Part shown: piece after piece, positions 39,765 through 59,738 of the stretch
How positions within the stretch are numbered: the first letter of the stretch is position 1
Layout: every line of letters starts with the position of its first letter
NCBI RefSeq assembly: GCF_009914755.1
Contig: NC_060929.1
Origin: the human T2T-CHM13v2.0 reference genome, Homo sapiens
Direction: 5' to 3' (one strand)
DNA: 64,000 nt
The notes under the pieces: generated by a model
What the model was told of the DNA's origin: nothing
What the model saw: only the letters and a program-made list of their open reading frames with translations
The model's database searches: none
Program-made: the position numbers and the translations under genes

Positions 39765-40695
39765 TTTTTTTTCTTTATATATATATATATATATATTTAT
39801 TATACTTTAAGTTCTAGGGTACATGTGCACAACATGCAGGTTAGTTACATATGTATACATGTGCCATGTTGGTGTGCTGCACCCATTAACTCGTCGTTTA
39901 CATTAGGTATATCTCCTAATGGTATCCCTCCCCCCTACCCCCACCCCACAACAGGTCCCGGTGTGTGATGTTCCCCTTCCTGTGTCCAAGTGTTCTCATT
40001 GTTCAGTTCCCACCTATGAGTGAGAACGTGAGGTGTTTGGTTTTTTGTCCTTGCGATAGTTTGCTGAGAATGATGGTTTCCAGCTTCATTCATGTCCCTA
40101 CAAAGGACATGAACTCATCCTTTTTTATGGCTGCATAGTATTCCATGGTGTATATGTGCCACATTTTCTTAATCTAGTCTATCATTGATGGACATTTGGG
40201 TCGGTTCCAAGTCTTTGCTGTTGTGAATAGTGCTGCAATAAACATACATGTGCATGTGTCTTTGTAGCAGCATGATTTATAATACTTTGGGTATATGCCC
40301 AGGAATGGGATGGCTGGGTCAAACGGTATTTCTGGTTCTAGATCCTTGAGGAATCACCACACTGTCTTCCACGGTGGACGAACTAGTTTACAGTCCCACC
40401 AACAGTGTAAAAGTCTTCCTATTTCTCCACACCCTCTCCAGCACCTGTTGTTTCCCAACTTTTTAATGATCACCATTCTAACTGGTGTGAGATGGTATCT
40501 CATTGTGGTTTTGATATGCATTTCTCTCATGGCCAGTGATGATGAACATTTTTTTATGTGTCTGTTGGCTGCATAAATGTCTTCTTTTGAGAAGTGTTCA
40601 TATCCTTGGCTCACCTGTTGATGCGATTGTTTGTTTTTTTCTTGTAAGTTTGTTTGGGTTCTTTGTAGATTCTGGATATTAGGCCTTTGTCAGAT
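39765..40695 (-). mobile_element. 5'-truncated L1PA4/5-like 3' end (~930 bp) with (TA)n-patterned tail
   Basis: cccattaactcgtc (GAG type) 3'UTR; C-terminal ORF2 remnant [19 protein letters not shown]. Confidence 0.85.
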
Positions 40696-40966
40696 TAAAA
40701 TGTCTTGCATTCAACAGAAAATGTTCAAATATGCTAGAGAAAAAGAAGACATGGTCAAAACCCAAGAAGAATGACATACAATAGTCCCAGAATCATAGCT
40801 GATACAAGTCAAGAAGCAATAAAATATAGACTTTAAAATAACTCTGCTTAAATGTTCAAGGAAATAATTTAAAAATGAGAGTTTTGAAAGAGAATGAAAA
40901 CAATACAAGTAGTGGATTAATGGATGTATTAAAATATACTATACAAAGCTGAATGAAGAATAAGAA

Positions 40967-40981
40967 ATTGCAGGTCATTTC
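40967..40981. repeat. L1HS target-site duplication, 3' copy ATTGCAGGTCATTTC
   Basis: Matches 47049-47063 at 14/15 positions. Confidence 0.9.
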
Positions 40982-40989
40982 TTTTTTTT

Positions 40990-41025
<36 letters not shown>

Positions 41026-41032
41026 TTTTTTT
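40982..41032 (-). repeat. Patterned poly(A) tail A9(TAA)7T A20
   Basis: Directly visible. Confidence 0.95.
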
Positions 41033-41237
41033 ATTATACTCTAAGTTTTAGGGTACATGTGCACATTGTGCAGGTTAGTTACATATGTATACATGTGCCA
41101 TGCTGGTGCGCTGCACCCACTAATGTGTCATCTAGCATTAGGTATATCTCCCAATGCTATCCCTCCCCCCTCCCCCGACCCCACCACAGTCCCCAGAGTG
41201 TGATATTCCCCTTCCTGTGTCCATGTGATCTCATTGT

Positions 41238-45089
<3,852 letters not shown>

Positions 45090-45128
45090 TCATTAGTTGA
45101 TGCAGTTTCTTCCTAGTCTCGATGGTCT

Positions 45129-46145
45129 TTACATTTTGGCATGATTTTGCAGCGGCTGGTACCGGTTGTTCCTTTCCATGTTTAGCGCTTCCTTCAGGAG
45201 CTCTTTTAGGGCAGGCCTGGTGGTGACAAAATCTCTCAACATTTGCTTGTCTATAAAGTATTTTATTTCTCCTTCACTTATGAAGCTTAGTTTGGCTGGA
45301 TATGAAATTCTGGGTTGAAAATTCTTTTCTTTAAGAATGTTGAATATTGGCCCCCACTCTCTTCTGGCTTGTAGGGTTTCTGCCGAGAGATCCGCTGTTA
45401 GTCTGATGGGCTTTCCTTTGAGGGTAACCCGACCTTTCTCTCTGGCTGCCCTTAACATTTTTTCCTTCATTTCAACTTTGGTGAATCTGACAATTATGTG
45501 TCTTGGAGTTGCTCTTCTCGAGGAGTATCTTTGTGGCGTTCTCTGTATTTCCTGAATCTGAACGTTGGCCTGCCTTGCTAGATTGGGGAAGTTCTCCTGG
45601 ATAATATCCTGCAGAGTGTTTTCCAACTTGGTTCCATTCTCCACATCACTTTCAGGTACACCAATCAGACGTAGATTTGGTCTTTTCACATAGTCCCATA
45701 TTTCTTGGAGGCTTTGCTCATTTCTTTTTATTCTTTTTTCTCTAAACTTCCCTTCTCGCTTCATTTCATTCATTTCATCTTCCATTGCTGATACCCTTTC
45801 TTCCAGTTGATCGCATCGGCTCCTGAGGCTTCTGCATTCTTCACGTAGTTCTCGAGCCTTGGTTTTCAGCTCCATCAGCTCCTTTAAGCACTTCTCTGTA
45901 TTGGTTATTCTAGTTATACATTCTTCTAAATTTTTTTCAAAGTGTTCAACTTCTTTGCCTTTGGTTTGAATGTCCTCCCGTAGCTCAGAGTAATTTGATC
46001 GTCTGAAGCCTTCTTCTCTCAGCTCGTCAAAATCATTCTCCATCCAGCTCTGTTCCGTTGCTGGTGAGGAACTGCGTTCCTTTGGAGGAGGAGAGGCGCT
46101 CTGCGTTTTAGAGTTTCCAGTTTTTCTGTTCTGTTTTTTCCCCAT
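45129..46145 (-). CDS. ORF1: L1 ORF1p RNA-binding/chaperone protein (338 aa)
   Basis: MGKKQNRKTG start; REKG, ARR and YPAKLS motifs; 63-bp spacer to ORF2. Confidence 0.99.
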   Translation of the reverse strand: MGKKQNRKTGNSKTQSASPPPKERSSSPATEQSWMENDFDELREEGFRRSNYSELREDIQTKGKEVEHFEKNLEECITRITNTEKCLKELMELKTKARELREECRSLRSRCDQLEERVSAMEDEMNEMKREGKFREKRIKRNEQSLQEIWDYVKRPNLRLIGVPESDVENGTKLENTLQDIIQENFPNLARQANVQIQEIQRTPQRYSSRRATPRHIIVRFTKVEMKEKMLRAAREKGRVTLKGKPIRLTADLSAETLQARREWGPIFNILKEKNFQPRISYPAKLSFISEGEIKYFIDKQMLRDFVTTRPALKELLKEALNMERNNRYQPLQNHAKM

Positions 46146-47048
46146 CTTTGTGGTTTTATCTACTTTTGGTCTTTGATGATGGTGATGTACAGATGGGTTT
46201 TCGGTGTAGATGTCCTTTCTTGTTGTTAGTTTTCCTTCTAACAGACAGGACCCTCAGCTGCAGGTCTGTTGGAATACCCTGCCGTGTGAGGTGTCAGTGT
46301 GCCCCTGCTGGGGGGTGCCTCCCAGTTAGGCTGCTCAGGGGTCAGGAGTCAGGGACCCACTTGAGGAGGCAGTCTGCCCGTTCTCAGATCTCCAGCTGCG
46401 TCCTGGGAGAACCACTGCTCTCTTCAAAGCTGTCAGACAGGGACACTTAAGTCTGCAGAGGTTACTGCTGTCTTTTTGTTTGTCTGTGCCCTGCCCCCAG
46501 AGGTGGAGCCTACAGAGGCAGGCAGGCCTCCTTGAGCTGTGGTGGGCTCCACCCAGTTCGAGCTTCCCGGCTGCTTTGTTTACCTAAGCAAGCCTGGGCA
46601 ATGGCGGGCGCCCCTCCCCCAGCCTCGCTGCCGCCTTGCAGTTTGATCTCAGACTGCTGTGCTAGCAATCAGCGAGATTCCGTGGGCGTAGGACCCTCCG
46701 AGCCAGGTGTGGGATATAGTCTCGTGGTGCGCCGTTTCTTAAGCCGGTCTGAAAAGCGCAATATTCGGGTGGGAGTGACCCGATTTTCCAGGTGCGTCCG
46801 TCACCCCTTTCTTTGACTCGGAAAGGGAACTCCCTGACCCCTTGCGCTTCCCAGGTGAGGCAATGCCTCGCCCTGCTTCGGCTCGCGCACGGTGCGCACA
46901 CACACTGGCCTGCGCCCACTGTCTGGCACTCCCTAGTGAGATGAACCCGGTACCTCAGATGGAAATGCAGAAATCACCGTCTTCTGCGTCGCTCACGCTG
47001 GGAGCTGTAGACCGGAGCTGTTCCTATTCGGCCATCTTGGCTCCTCCC
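46146..47048 (-). promoter_or_regulatory. L1HS 5'UTR: CpG-rich internal sense promoter and antisense promoter
   Basis: ~900 bp CpG-rich, near consensus; YY1 motif CAAGATGGCCG at 47029-47039. Confidence 0.95.
46601..46816 (+). CDS. ORF0: L1 ORF0 (71 aa), antisense in the 5'UTR
   Basis: MAGAPPPASLPPCSLISDCC...RCVRHPFL; gcaATGG; splice donors after 46706 (cag/gtgtgg) and 46791 (cag/gtgcgt). Confidence 0.9.
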   Translation: MAGAPPPASLPPCSLISDCCASNQRDSVGVGPSEPGVGYSLVVRRFLSRSEKRNIRVGVTRFSRCVRHPFL

Positions 47049-47063
47049 ATCGCAGGTCATTTC
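47049..47063. repeat. L1HS target-site duplication, 5' copy ATCGCAGGTCATTTC
   Basis: Followed by AAAA, giving EN nick site 5'-TTTC/AA. Confidence 0.9.
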
Positions 47064-48177
47064 AAAAGGAAATCTCCAGATCAAAGCATGCAGCAACAAA
47101 AGAAGGAAAACACAGAGAATAGTGAATAAAGTGATGTATAAAATAGTTGTAATATAAGTTTACACTTTTTGGGGTTCCAGAAGGAGAAGACAGTGATTAG
47201 GGGCAGGAGCAATAATAATGGGATTTTCCATAAGGAATTGAAAGACTGTACGTTACAGATTCAAGACGTATCACAGTAAAACTGCTAAAACTAAAGAAAA
47301 AGCAGCCAGAATAAAGACAGTTTATCTAAAAAGAAGCATCAATCAAAATGTCAGCAGACTTCAACAGAAAAAGGGAAACCAGAAGAAGAAAAATATCTTT
47401 AAGGGGTTAAAATAATTCAAAATCTAGAATTCAAAATCCAGCACAACTTCAAAAAAATGCCAAAGAATTAAAGACATTTTTAGCCAAACAACAGCACAGA
47501 GTATAAAGCGCAGAGTATTTATTAACACAGAATAAGCAATTAAAAGGAAGGTTTTGGTTTAGGATATGTGGAACTTAGCATTTGTTAACTTCCAGTCCCT
47601 CTTTAATAGAAAAAAATTCAAGTTTTGACTGCAAAGTTAAATTTAAAAAAAGTGAATATTTGTTCGAATGAAAAATTAACAAAATTGCTTTCAAAAAGCT
47701 AAAAATACCACAAATATCTCCAAATTGAGACAAATTATATATTTAATTAAATAACTACTAAACACATCTATAGTTATTTTAAGTTCTTCTGTTATGCTGT
47801 GTTTAGCCAATTTTGCCCGCTGCTTTATTTAGACTTTTATTATCAGATAATATCAGGAAAATAGGCATCAAATACTCCCAAATATGATCCTTCCTATTGG
47901 GATGCATAAAGCATCACCCACATGTAAATTTGATATTTGTGGCACTACTGAAAGTTTGTAGTTAACAAACACAGGAATTCTGATATATTTGATTTCACAC
48001 AATTCTCATAAAAAAGAAAAATGTATGTATTGTAGATTTATAATGCTTTTCAGTATATTCTTGATAAGGGAAAACTTCTACTTTTATTAAGCATAATTAA
48101 TAACCTGATTTATGATCTTAAATGTCTGATGAATCAAAGAATTTCCCACATACTAGCTAATGCCTTTGCACATTTCG

Positions 48178-48368
48178 GTTTCCTTTTCTTTCTTTCTTCT
48201 TCCTTTCCTTTCCTTTCCTTTCCTTCCTTCCTTCCTTCCTTCCTTCCTTCCTTCCTTCCTTCTTTCTTTCTTTCTTTCTTTTTTTCTTCTTTCTTTCCTC
48301 CTTTCCTCCTCCTCCTCCTTCTTCTTTTTCCTCCTCCTCCTTCTTCTTCTTCCTCTTCCTCTTCTTCC
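48178..48368. repeat. Compound polypyrimidine microsatellite (TTTCC)n(TTCC)n(TTTC)n(TCC)n(TTC)n
   Basis: Directly visible, ~190 bp pyrimidine-only. Confidence 0.95.
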
Positions 48369-49181
48369 ACAACCACATATTCCCAATGCTGAACACCATA
48401 GGATACATGTATCTGTTTTTTTCACACAGGCAAAAGCACAGCATATTTATTAACTACCTCAGCCTTCCATCTTCGTGTCCTGATGTCAGGTGAGTCAGCA
48501 CAACAAAGGGTAGGAGTATCCAAAAAATAGCTAGAAACTATTTAGCTACACACAGAGGTGACAAGAAATTTAAAAATGTATTCTAAACCCAAGCCAAATG
48601 TGTGTGCAACTCCACTTCCCCTAGCTTATGTCCAATCAAGTATTATTTGTTATGAAGGGAAGTCTGATGAACAAGAAACCCTAGTGCAAAGGAAAGTGGT
48701 CTTAAACTCATTTCAGCTGAAATATCTTATTTTTCAAATTTTACAAAAGTATTTAATCATGTAAGCACACTGGAAAAGGGGTCCCTGTCAGAAAAATTTT
48801 ATGGAACTTAAGTTTTAATATATTCACAGCAAATCAGCCTCTGATACAGCACGTTCTTCAGGCATTAAAAAATCCTTGATTTCAGGTGAAAATTCATAGA
48901 CACGAGGAAGAATGAAGAGGTAAAAACAAGCATATATGAGAGTGATCCAGTGAATTTTTCTGTGTAAATCAATAAAATTAAGCTCTCATTATGAGTAGGT
49001 ATGGAATTGAAGTACATAATAAGAATAGCTTGTAAGTCAAGAGGGGAAGATATGAGTTAGTGTTCTAATGTTCCTGAGTTGTCTGAGAAATGGTAAGAGT
49101 CGCAGGAAACCTTAGACTTAGTAAGTACAAAGGGCTTGTTTTCATCTAGTGAAATCACTAAAAGAATAGAAAAAGAGTGTA

Positions 49182-49635
49182 CACAGCCATAAAGTGGAAG
49201 GAAATAATGTCTTTCTCAGCAACTTGGATAGAGCTGGAGGACAATATTCTAAGTGAAGTAACACAGGAATGGAAAACCAAAAACCATGTTCTCACTTACA
49301 AGTGGGAGCTAAGCTATGAGTATGCAAAGGCATGCAGGGTAATACAATATAATGGGCTTTAGCGACTCAGAGAGTAATAGGGGAGGAGGGCTAGGGATAA
49401 AAAACACCCATTAGGCACAGTGTATACTACTTGGGTGATGGTGCACTAAAATCTCAGAATTCACTGCCATATAATTCATTCATCTAACAAAAAACCACTT
49501 GTACTCCAAAATCTGTTGAAATAAACAAAATAGAATGGGAGTGAAACAGAAAAGAAAGGGGACACACAAAAAAAAGGAGATCCCAGATGCCTACCCAAAA
49601 TAAACTCTTAATGGACTGAAAGTTAATAAAAAAAA
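49182..49635 (+). mobile_element. 5'-truncated L1PB-like 3' end with ~94-bp 3' extension
   Basis: L1PB 3'UTR ends at 49530; extra sequence to 49624, then A-rich tail; TSD AGAGTGTA (49174-49181 and 49637-49644). Confidence 0.75.
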
Positions 49636-50650
49636 GAGAGTGTAGAATTACTGAGTTAAAGGTAATGGAAAATGGCATACTAACAGATAATTAGTCCAAA
49701 ATTAGGCAAAAAGGGAGAGAAAAAGGAATAAAGTATAAGCAGGACAAATGAAAAGTAATACGATGTAGATGTAATCACAAATACATGTTATGATGTTAAA
49801 TGTAAATGAACTGTAGGAGACCACTTAAAAACAAATATTCTGAGACATGACTAAAACACAACAACTATATGCTTCTTACAAGTGATGACCCAAGATGTAA
49901 GATTTCAGAAGTCTGAAGGTAAAAAGGGTAGGGAGATATAACAATGCAAATGTTAACAAGAAAGCTGATCTTGCTAGATTAATATCAGATGCAGACAAGA
50001 AACATTATTCAAAGCAAGCTGGGATACTTTGTAGTGATAATAATCATTTCATCAGAGAGAGATAATAATTCCAAATGTGTATGCTGCACAAAGCAAACAT
50101 TGACAGAACTACAACGCAAACTTGACAAAATTATTATGTTCATAGGCAAAGACTTCAACATACTTTTTTTCTACTATATAATTAAGAAACAATACCATTC
50201 TCAAAAACATAGAAACAAATTATATGTTTCCAAGACTGAAAAAAAAAATGGGGAGAAATACTTCCCAACTCAGTTTATAATGCCAGGAGTGTTGATATCA
50301 ATACCTGATAGGGATGTTAAAAGGAAAGATTACAGATCAATCTAACTCATAAACATAGGTTCAAATCTTTTAAACAAAATGCTATCAAATAAAATCTAGA
50401 AATACATAAAAATGATAACATGTCATGACTAAGTTGCTTTTGTTTTAGGAATGTAAGTTTGGTATAATATATGAAAGTCAATCAGTGTAATTCACCATAG
50501 TAACAGAATAAAGACTCATATATAATCTAAACAAATGCAGAAAAGACTTTTGTAAAAAATATATTGTGTATTTATTATAAACAAATATAGAAAACAATAA
50601 CTAGCGAATGCTCTTAACTGATAAAATGTAATTTTAAAAATGCAGCAACT

Positions 50651-50975
<325 letters not shown>

Positions 50976-51179
50976 CTAATTTAATGGTATGGATTCCTCT
51001 GAGATCAGGGTCAAAACAAGGAGGCCCAGTAGAGCTCATTTTATTCAATATTATTTTGCACATTAAAGCCAGTAGATTAAGGCAGGAATATATATATAAA
51101 AGGTGAGGTTGGAAAAAATAAAAGTAAAACCCACTATTTACAGATGATGGTTGCATTTCCACCTAAAATTTAAAATCTA

Positions 51180-53470
51180 CTTGTGATGTTCCACAAAATA
51201 GTTGTTGGGATTTTGATTATGATTGCACTGATTCTTTAAATTAGTTTGAAAAAAAAGCAGCTTTAATGTACTGAGTATTCTAATCCATCTATTTATATAG
51301 ATAATTATTTAGATCATGTTGTATTAGCTCTGTAGAGTCTTGCTTTGCTTATTTTGAGGGCATGACTTTAGGTACATACAGATATCTTCCAGGGGGAATT
51401 GAATTTATTTTGAAATACTCCTCTGTATCCCTAATGACACTTTCTAGCAATAGTCTGTTTTACCTAATAATGATCTAGCTATATCAATTTTTCTTTTGGT
51501 TAGTATTAGTAGAGTCCTTTTTTCTTTTTAAATTTTCTGTATATTTATGTTTTAGATGTTTTTTGTAATAGCACAGGATTGTGTTTTTCTTTATCCAGTC
51601 TGATCATATTTTTCTTATAATTGAAGCATTTAGTTCATTTATATGTAATATAGTTGCTGGTATATTTGAGTTGAAAACTACCATTTTTTAAAGTGCATGT
51701 ATTTGCCCTGCTTGTTTTGTATTCCCATTTCTCTGCTTTCTTGCCTTATTTTGTTTGCATTTTTATAACTCCATTATTTTCTTTTTATTAAAGTGGAAAT
51801 ATACACTATTTTTTTTATTGTTTACCATAGAGATTAGTGTTTAAAGTTAATGGTACTTTCACTCTTCTAAAATAATATAAGGGTCTTGAAACACTTAAAA
51901 ATTTATTTAAAATTTAACATAGTTCATTGAATCATGTATTTCATTTTCTCTATTTTAAGCTCAAAGCATTATTCTTGTTGTTTTATAAATTCAGTGTTCA
52001 TTTAGATATACCTACATATTTCTGATTTTCCTTGTTTTTTCCCCTTTCTTATTCTCTGACCTTCCATCTGGAATCAACTTTATTTTACCTGAATAACACT
52101 ATAGTTTTTGTGTCAGTGAAATGTTTTGCAAAAAATTATCTTAGGTTCTGCTTGCTTGAACAAGTATTTATTTTACCTTTTTCCTCAAACAATGTTTTTG
52201 CTAGGAATAGAGCTCTAGGTTGAGAGCTGTCTTCTTTCAGTAGGTTGAAGATTTTCCTCCACTGTCTTCTGGCTTCCAGTGTTTCTGTTGAGGAGTTAAT
52301 TGTCAATTAAAAAAATTAAATTGACACATAATAATTGTACATATTTGTGAGATACACAGTGATCTTGTGATACATATAATGTAGAATTATCCATCATCTC
52401 AAACTTTTATCATTTCTTTGTGTTCAGAACCTTCAATATCCCGTTTAGCTCTTTGAAACTATATATTATTGTAAACCATAGTCATCCAACAGTGCAATAG
52501 AACTCTAGAACTTATTCCTCCTAACTAGCTGTAATTTTGTGTTCTTTAACAAATCTTTCCTTATTCCCCACTTCCCTCTACCCTTCCCATCCTGTCATAC
52601 ACTTTGTTCTACTTTTTACCTCTATAGAAATCAACTTTTTCTTTAGCTTCTACATGTGAGTGAAAACATGCAGTGGTAAACTTTTTGTTCCTGGCTTATT
52701 TCACGTAACAGAATGTCTTCCAGTTCCATCCATATTGCTATGAATTGCAGGATTTCATTATTTTAAATGACTGAATGGTATTCCATTGTGTGTATGTATC
52801 ACATTCTCTTTATCCATTCATCGGTTGTTAGACATCTAGGATGATTCTATATCTTGGCTATTATGAATAGTGCTGCAATAAACATGCGGGTGCAGATATC
52901 TCTTTGATATACTCATTTCGTTTTCTTTGGACAAATGCCTAGTAGTGGGATTGCTGGATCATGTGGTAGTTCTAGTTGTAGTTTTTTGAGGAACTTCATA
53001 CTGTTATTCATAATGTCTGTACTAGTTTATATTCCCACCGACAGTGTATAAGAGTACCCTTTCCTCTACATTGTCACCAGCATTTATTATTTTTATTGTT
53101 ACTTCTTTTCAGATCATTTTTCATTCTTTATTTGCTTTAAAAAAACTTTCTCATTCTTTTTCCTTTGCAGTAGTTTTGTTATGGTGTTTGTGTCTAAGTG
53201 TGGATTTCTTTGAATTTATTCTGCTCTATGTTCATAGGATCTCTTGAAACTCTTGCTTCATATCTTTTTAAGTTTTGAACAGTTTGTCATTATACCTTCA
53301 AATTACCCATTCTCTTTCTTCTCTCATCCTAATACTCCAATTAAATGCATGTTAGAATAGAGTCACTGTATGCTTTATATCTCTTACATTATCTTCTTTT
53401 TTTTCCCCATCCTATTGTTCCTCTTTGATTCACACTAGATATTTCCTTCTGACTTATTTTTCCTATGAGG
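51180..53470 (-). mobile_element. Ancient L1M fragments with a nested L1MA-type 3' end (~52310-53095)
   Basis: ttgacacataataattgtacatatt 3' end; ctattatgaatagtgctgcaataaacatg; ccactgtcttctggcttcc ORF1-like. Confidence 0.65.
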
Positions 53471-54061
53471 TCCTTCTACTTAGGTGTCATTGTTTCTTTT
53501 AAATGGCAATTCCTTGTGATTCCAGTCTCAAATGAGAGAGTCCTACCATTTGGGACTTGGTTCTTACTTCTAAGTAAGAACCCTTGATGGGTTCTTGATG
53601 GGCCATGGGCCGCGGACTCTGTTCTTACTTCTAATACTTAGAACCTATCAAAAGCAGTCTTAACAGCCACCTCCAGAATTAACAAATGCTCCCAGAGAAA
53701 GAGTCACATTAAATGCCAGGTTCACATCCCTGAGAACCTTCCCTCCCTCAGTTGTGGTCCAAGCAATTCTTCAGATTTTTGATGACTTCCAACAGATTGT
53801 TTTGTTGTCTAGATCTTCAAGTTATATTCAGTGGGAGGAAATGAGTGGAATGAACTGGTCTACCATTACCCAAAGCAAAATTTCCATGACGTTAATATTT
53901 TAGAATATCAAAGACAAACAGCAAGTCTTAAAATTTAGAAAAAAAAGTAGATCCCCCCCACCAAAAAAAAACAGTGAAAACCAGATTGATGTATTTTTAG
54001 CAGCAACACAGGATGCAGAAAGTTAATGAGATAAAGTTCTTAAAGTATTAAAGATATTATT

Positions 54062-58778
<4,717 letters not shown>

Positions 58779-58954
58779 CTGTACATTTCAGGGTAAAAAA
58801 GTCAGTGTTAAATAGCTTGACCCAAATGGATAGCTACATAGAGTTCTGAATCCAAACTTAAACACTACATGTTTTTCTCACATGTATAGGAAACATTTCT
58901 AATAATTAGTCATGTATTAGGCAAAAAAATCAATAAATTTCAAAGAATCAGTAC

Positions 58955-59499
58955 TGTATTAGTCAGGGTTCTCTAGAGGGACAGAACTAATAGGATAGAT
59001 GTATATATAAAGGGGAGTTTATTAGGAGAATTGACTCACAAGATTACAAGCTGAAGTCCCACAATAGGCTGTCGGCAAGCTGAGGAGCCAGGAAGCCAGT
59101 CTGAGTTCCAAAACCTCAAAAGTAGGGAAGCTGATATGGCAGCCTTCAGCCCGTGTTGGAAGGCCTGAGAGCCCCTGGCAAATCACTCATGTAAGTTCAA
59201 GAATCCAAAAGCTGAAGAACTTGGAGTCTGCTGTTCGAGGGCACGAAGCATCCAGCACAGGAGAAAGATGAAGGCCGAAGGTTTAGCCAGTCTAGTCCTT
59301 CTGTGTTCTTCTGCCTGCTTTTATTCTAGCCTCGCTGGCAGCTGATTAGATTGTACCTACCCAGATTGAGGGTGGGTCTGCCTTTCCCAGTCAACTGACC
59401 CTAATGTTAATCTCCAGTAACACCCTTACAAACACACCTAAGAACAATACTTTGCATCCTTCAATCCAATCAAGTTGACACTCAATATTAGCCATCACG
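58955..59499 (-). mobile_element. MLT2A solo LTR (HERV-L)
   Basis: tgtattagtcagggttctctagagggacagaac ... ccaatcaagttgacactcaatattagccatcac; 5-bp TSD AGTAC/GGTAC. Confidence 0.9.
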
Positions 59500-59506
59500 G
59501 GTACTA

Positions 59507-59738
59507 TTAAGTTTTAGGGTACATGTGCACATTGTGCAGGTTAGTTACATATGTATACATGTGCCATGCTGGTGCGCTGCACCCACTAACTCGTCATCTA
59601 GCATTAGGTATATCTCCCAGTGCTATCCCTCCCCCTTCCCCCGACCCCACCACAGTCCCCAGAGTGTGATATTCCCCTTCCTGTGTCCATGTGATCTCAT
59701 TGTTCAAATCCCACCTATGAGTGAGAATATGCGGTGTT
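59507..59738 (-). mobile_element. L1PA2-like 3' fragment lacking poly(A) and TSD
   Basis: Nearly identical to ~41042-41272 but GAG rather than ACA; begins ttaagttttaggg without the tail. Confidence 0.9.

Noticed and set aside
46532-46600. N-terminal extension of ORF0 in the ORF track (94 aa)
   Set aside because: Starts at TTG; the known ORF0 ATG is at 46601
47560-48130. Possible DNA-transposon remnant
   Set aside because: I could not identify terminal repeats or a family with confidence
48129-48453. Several K/E/R- or F/S/L-rich ORFs
   Set aside because: Artefacts of the microsatellite lacking stop codons
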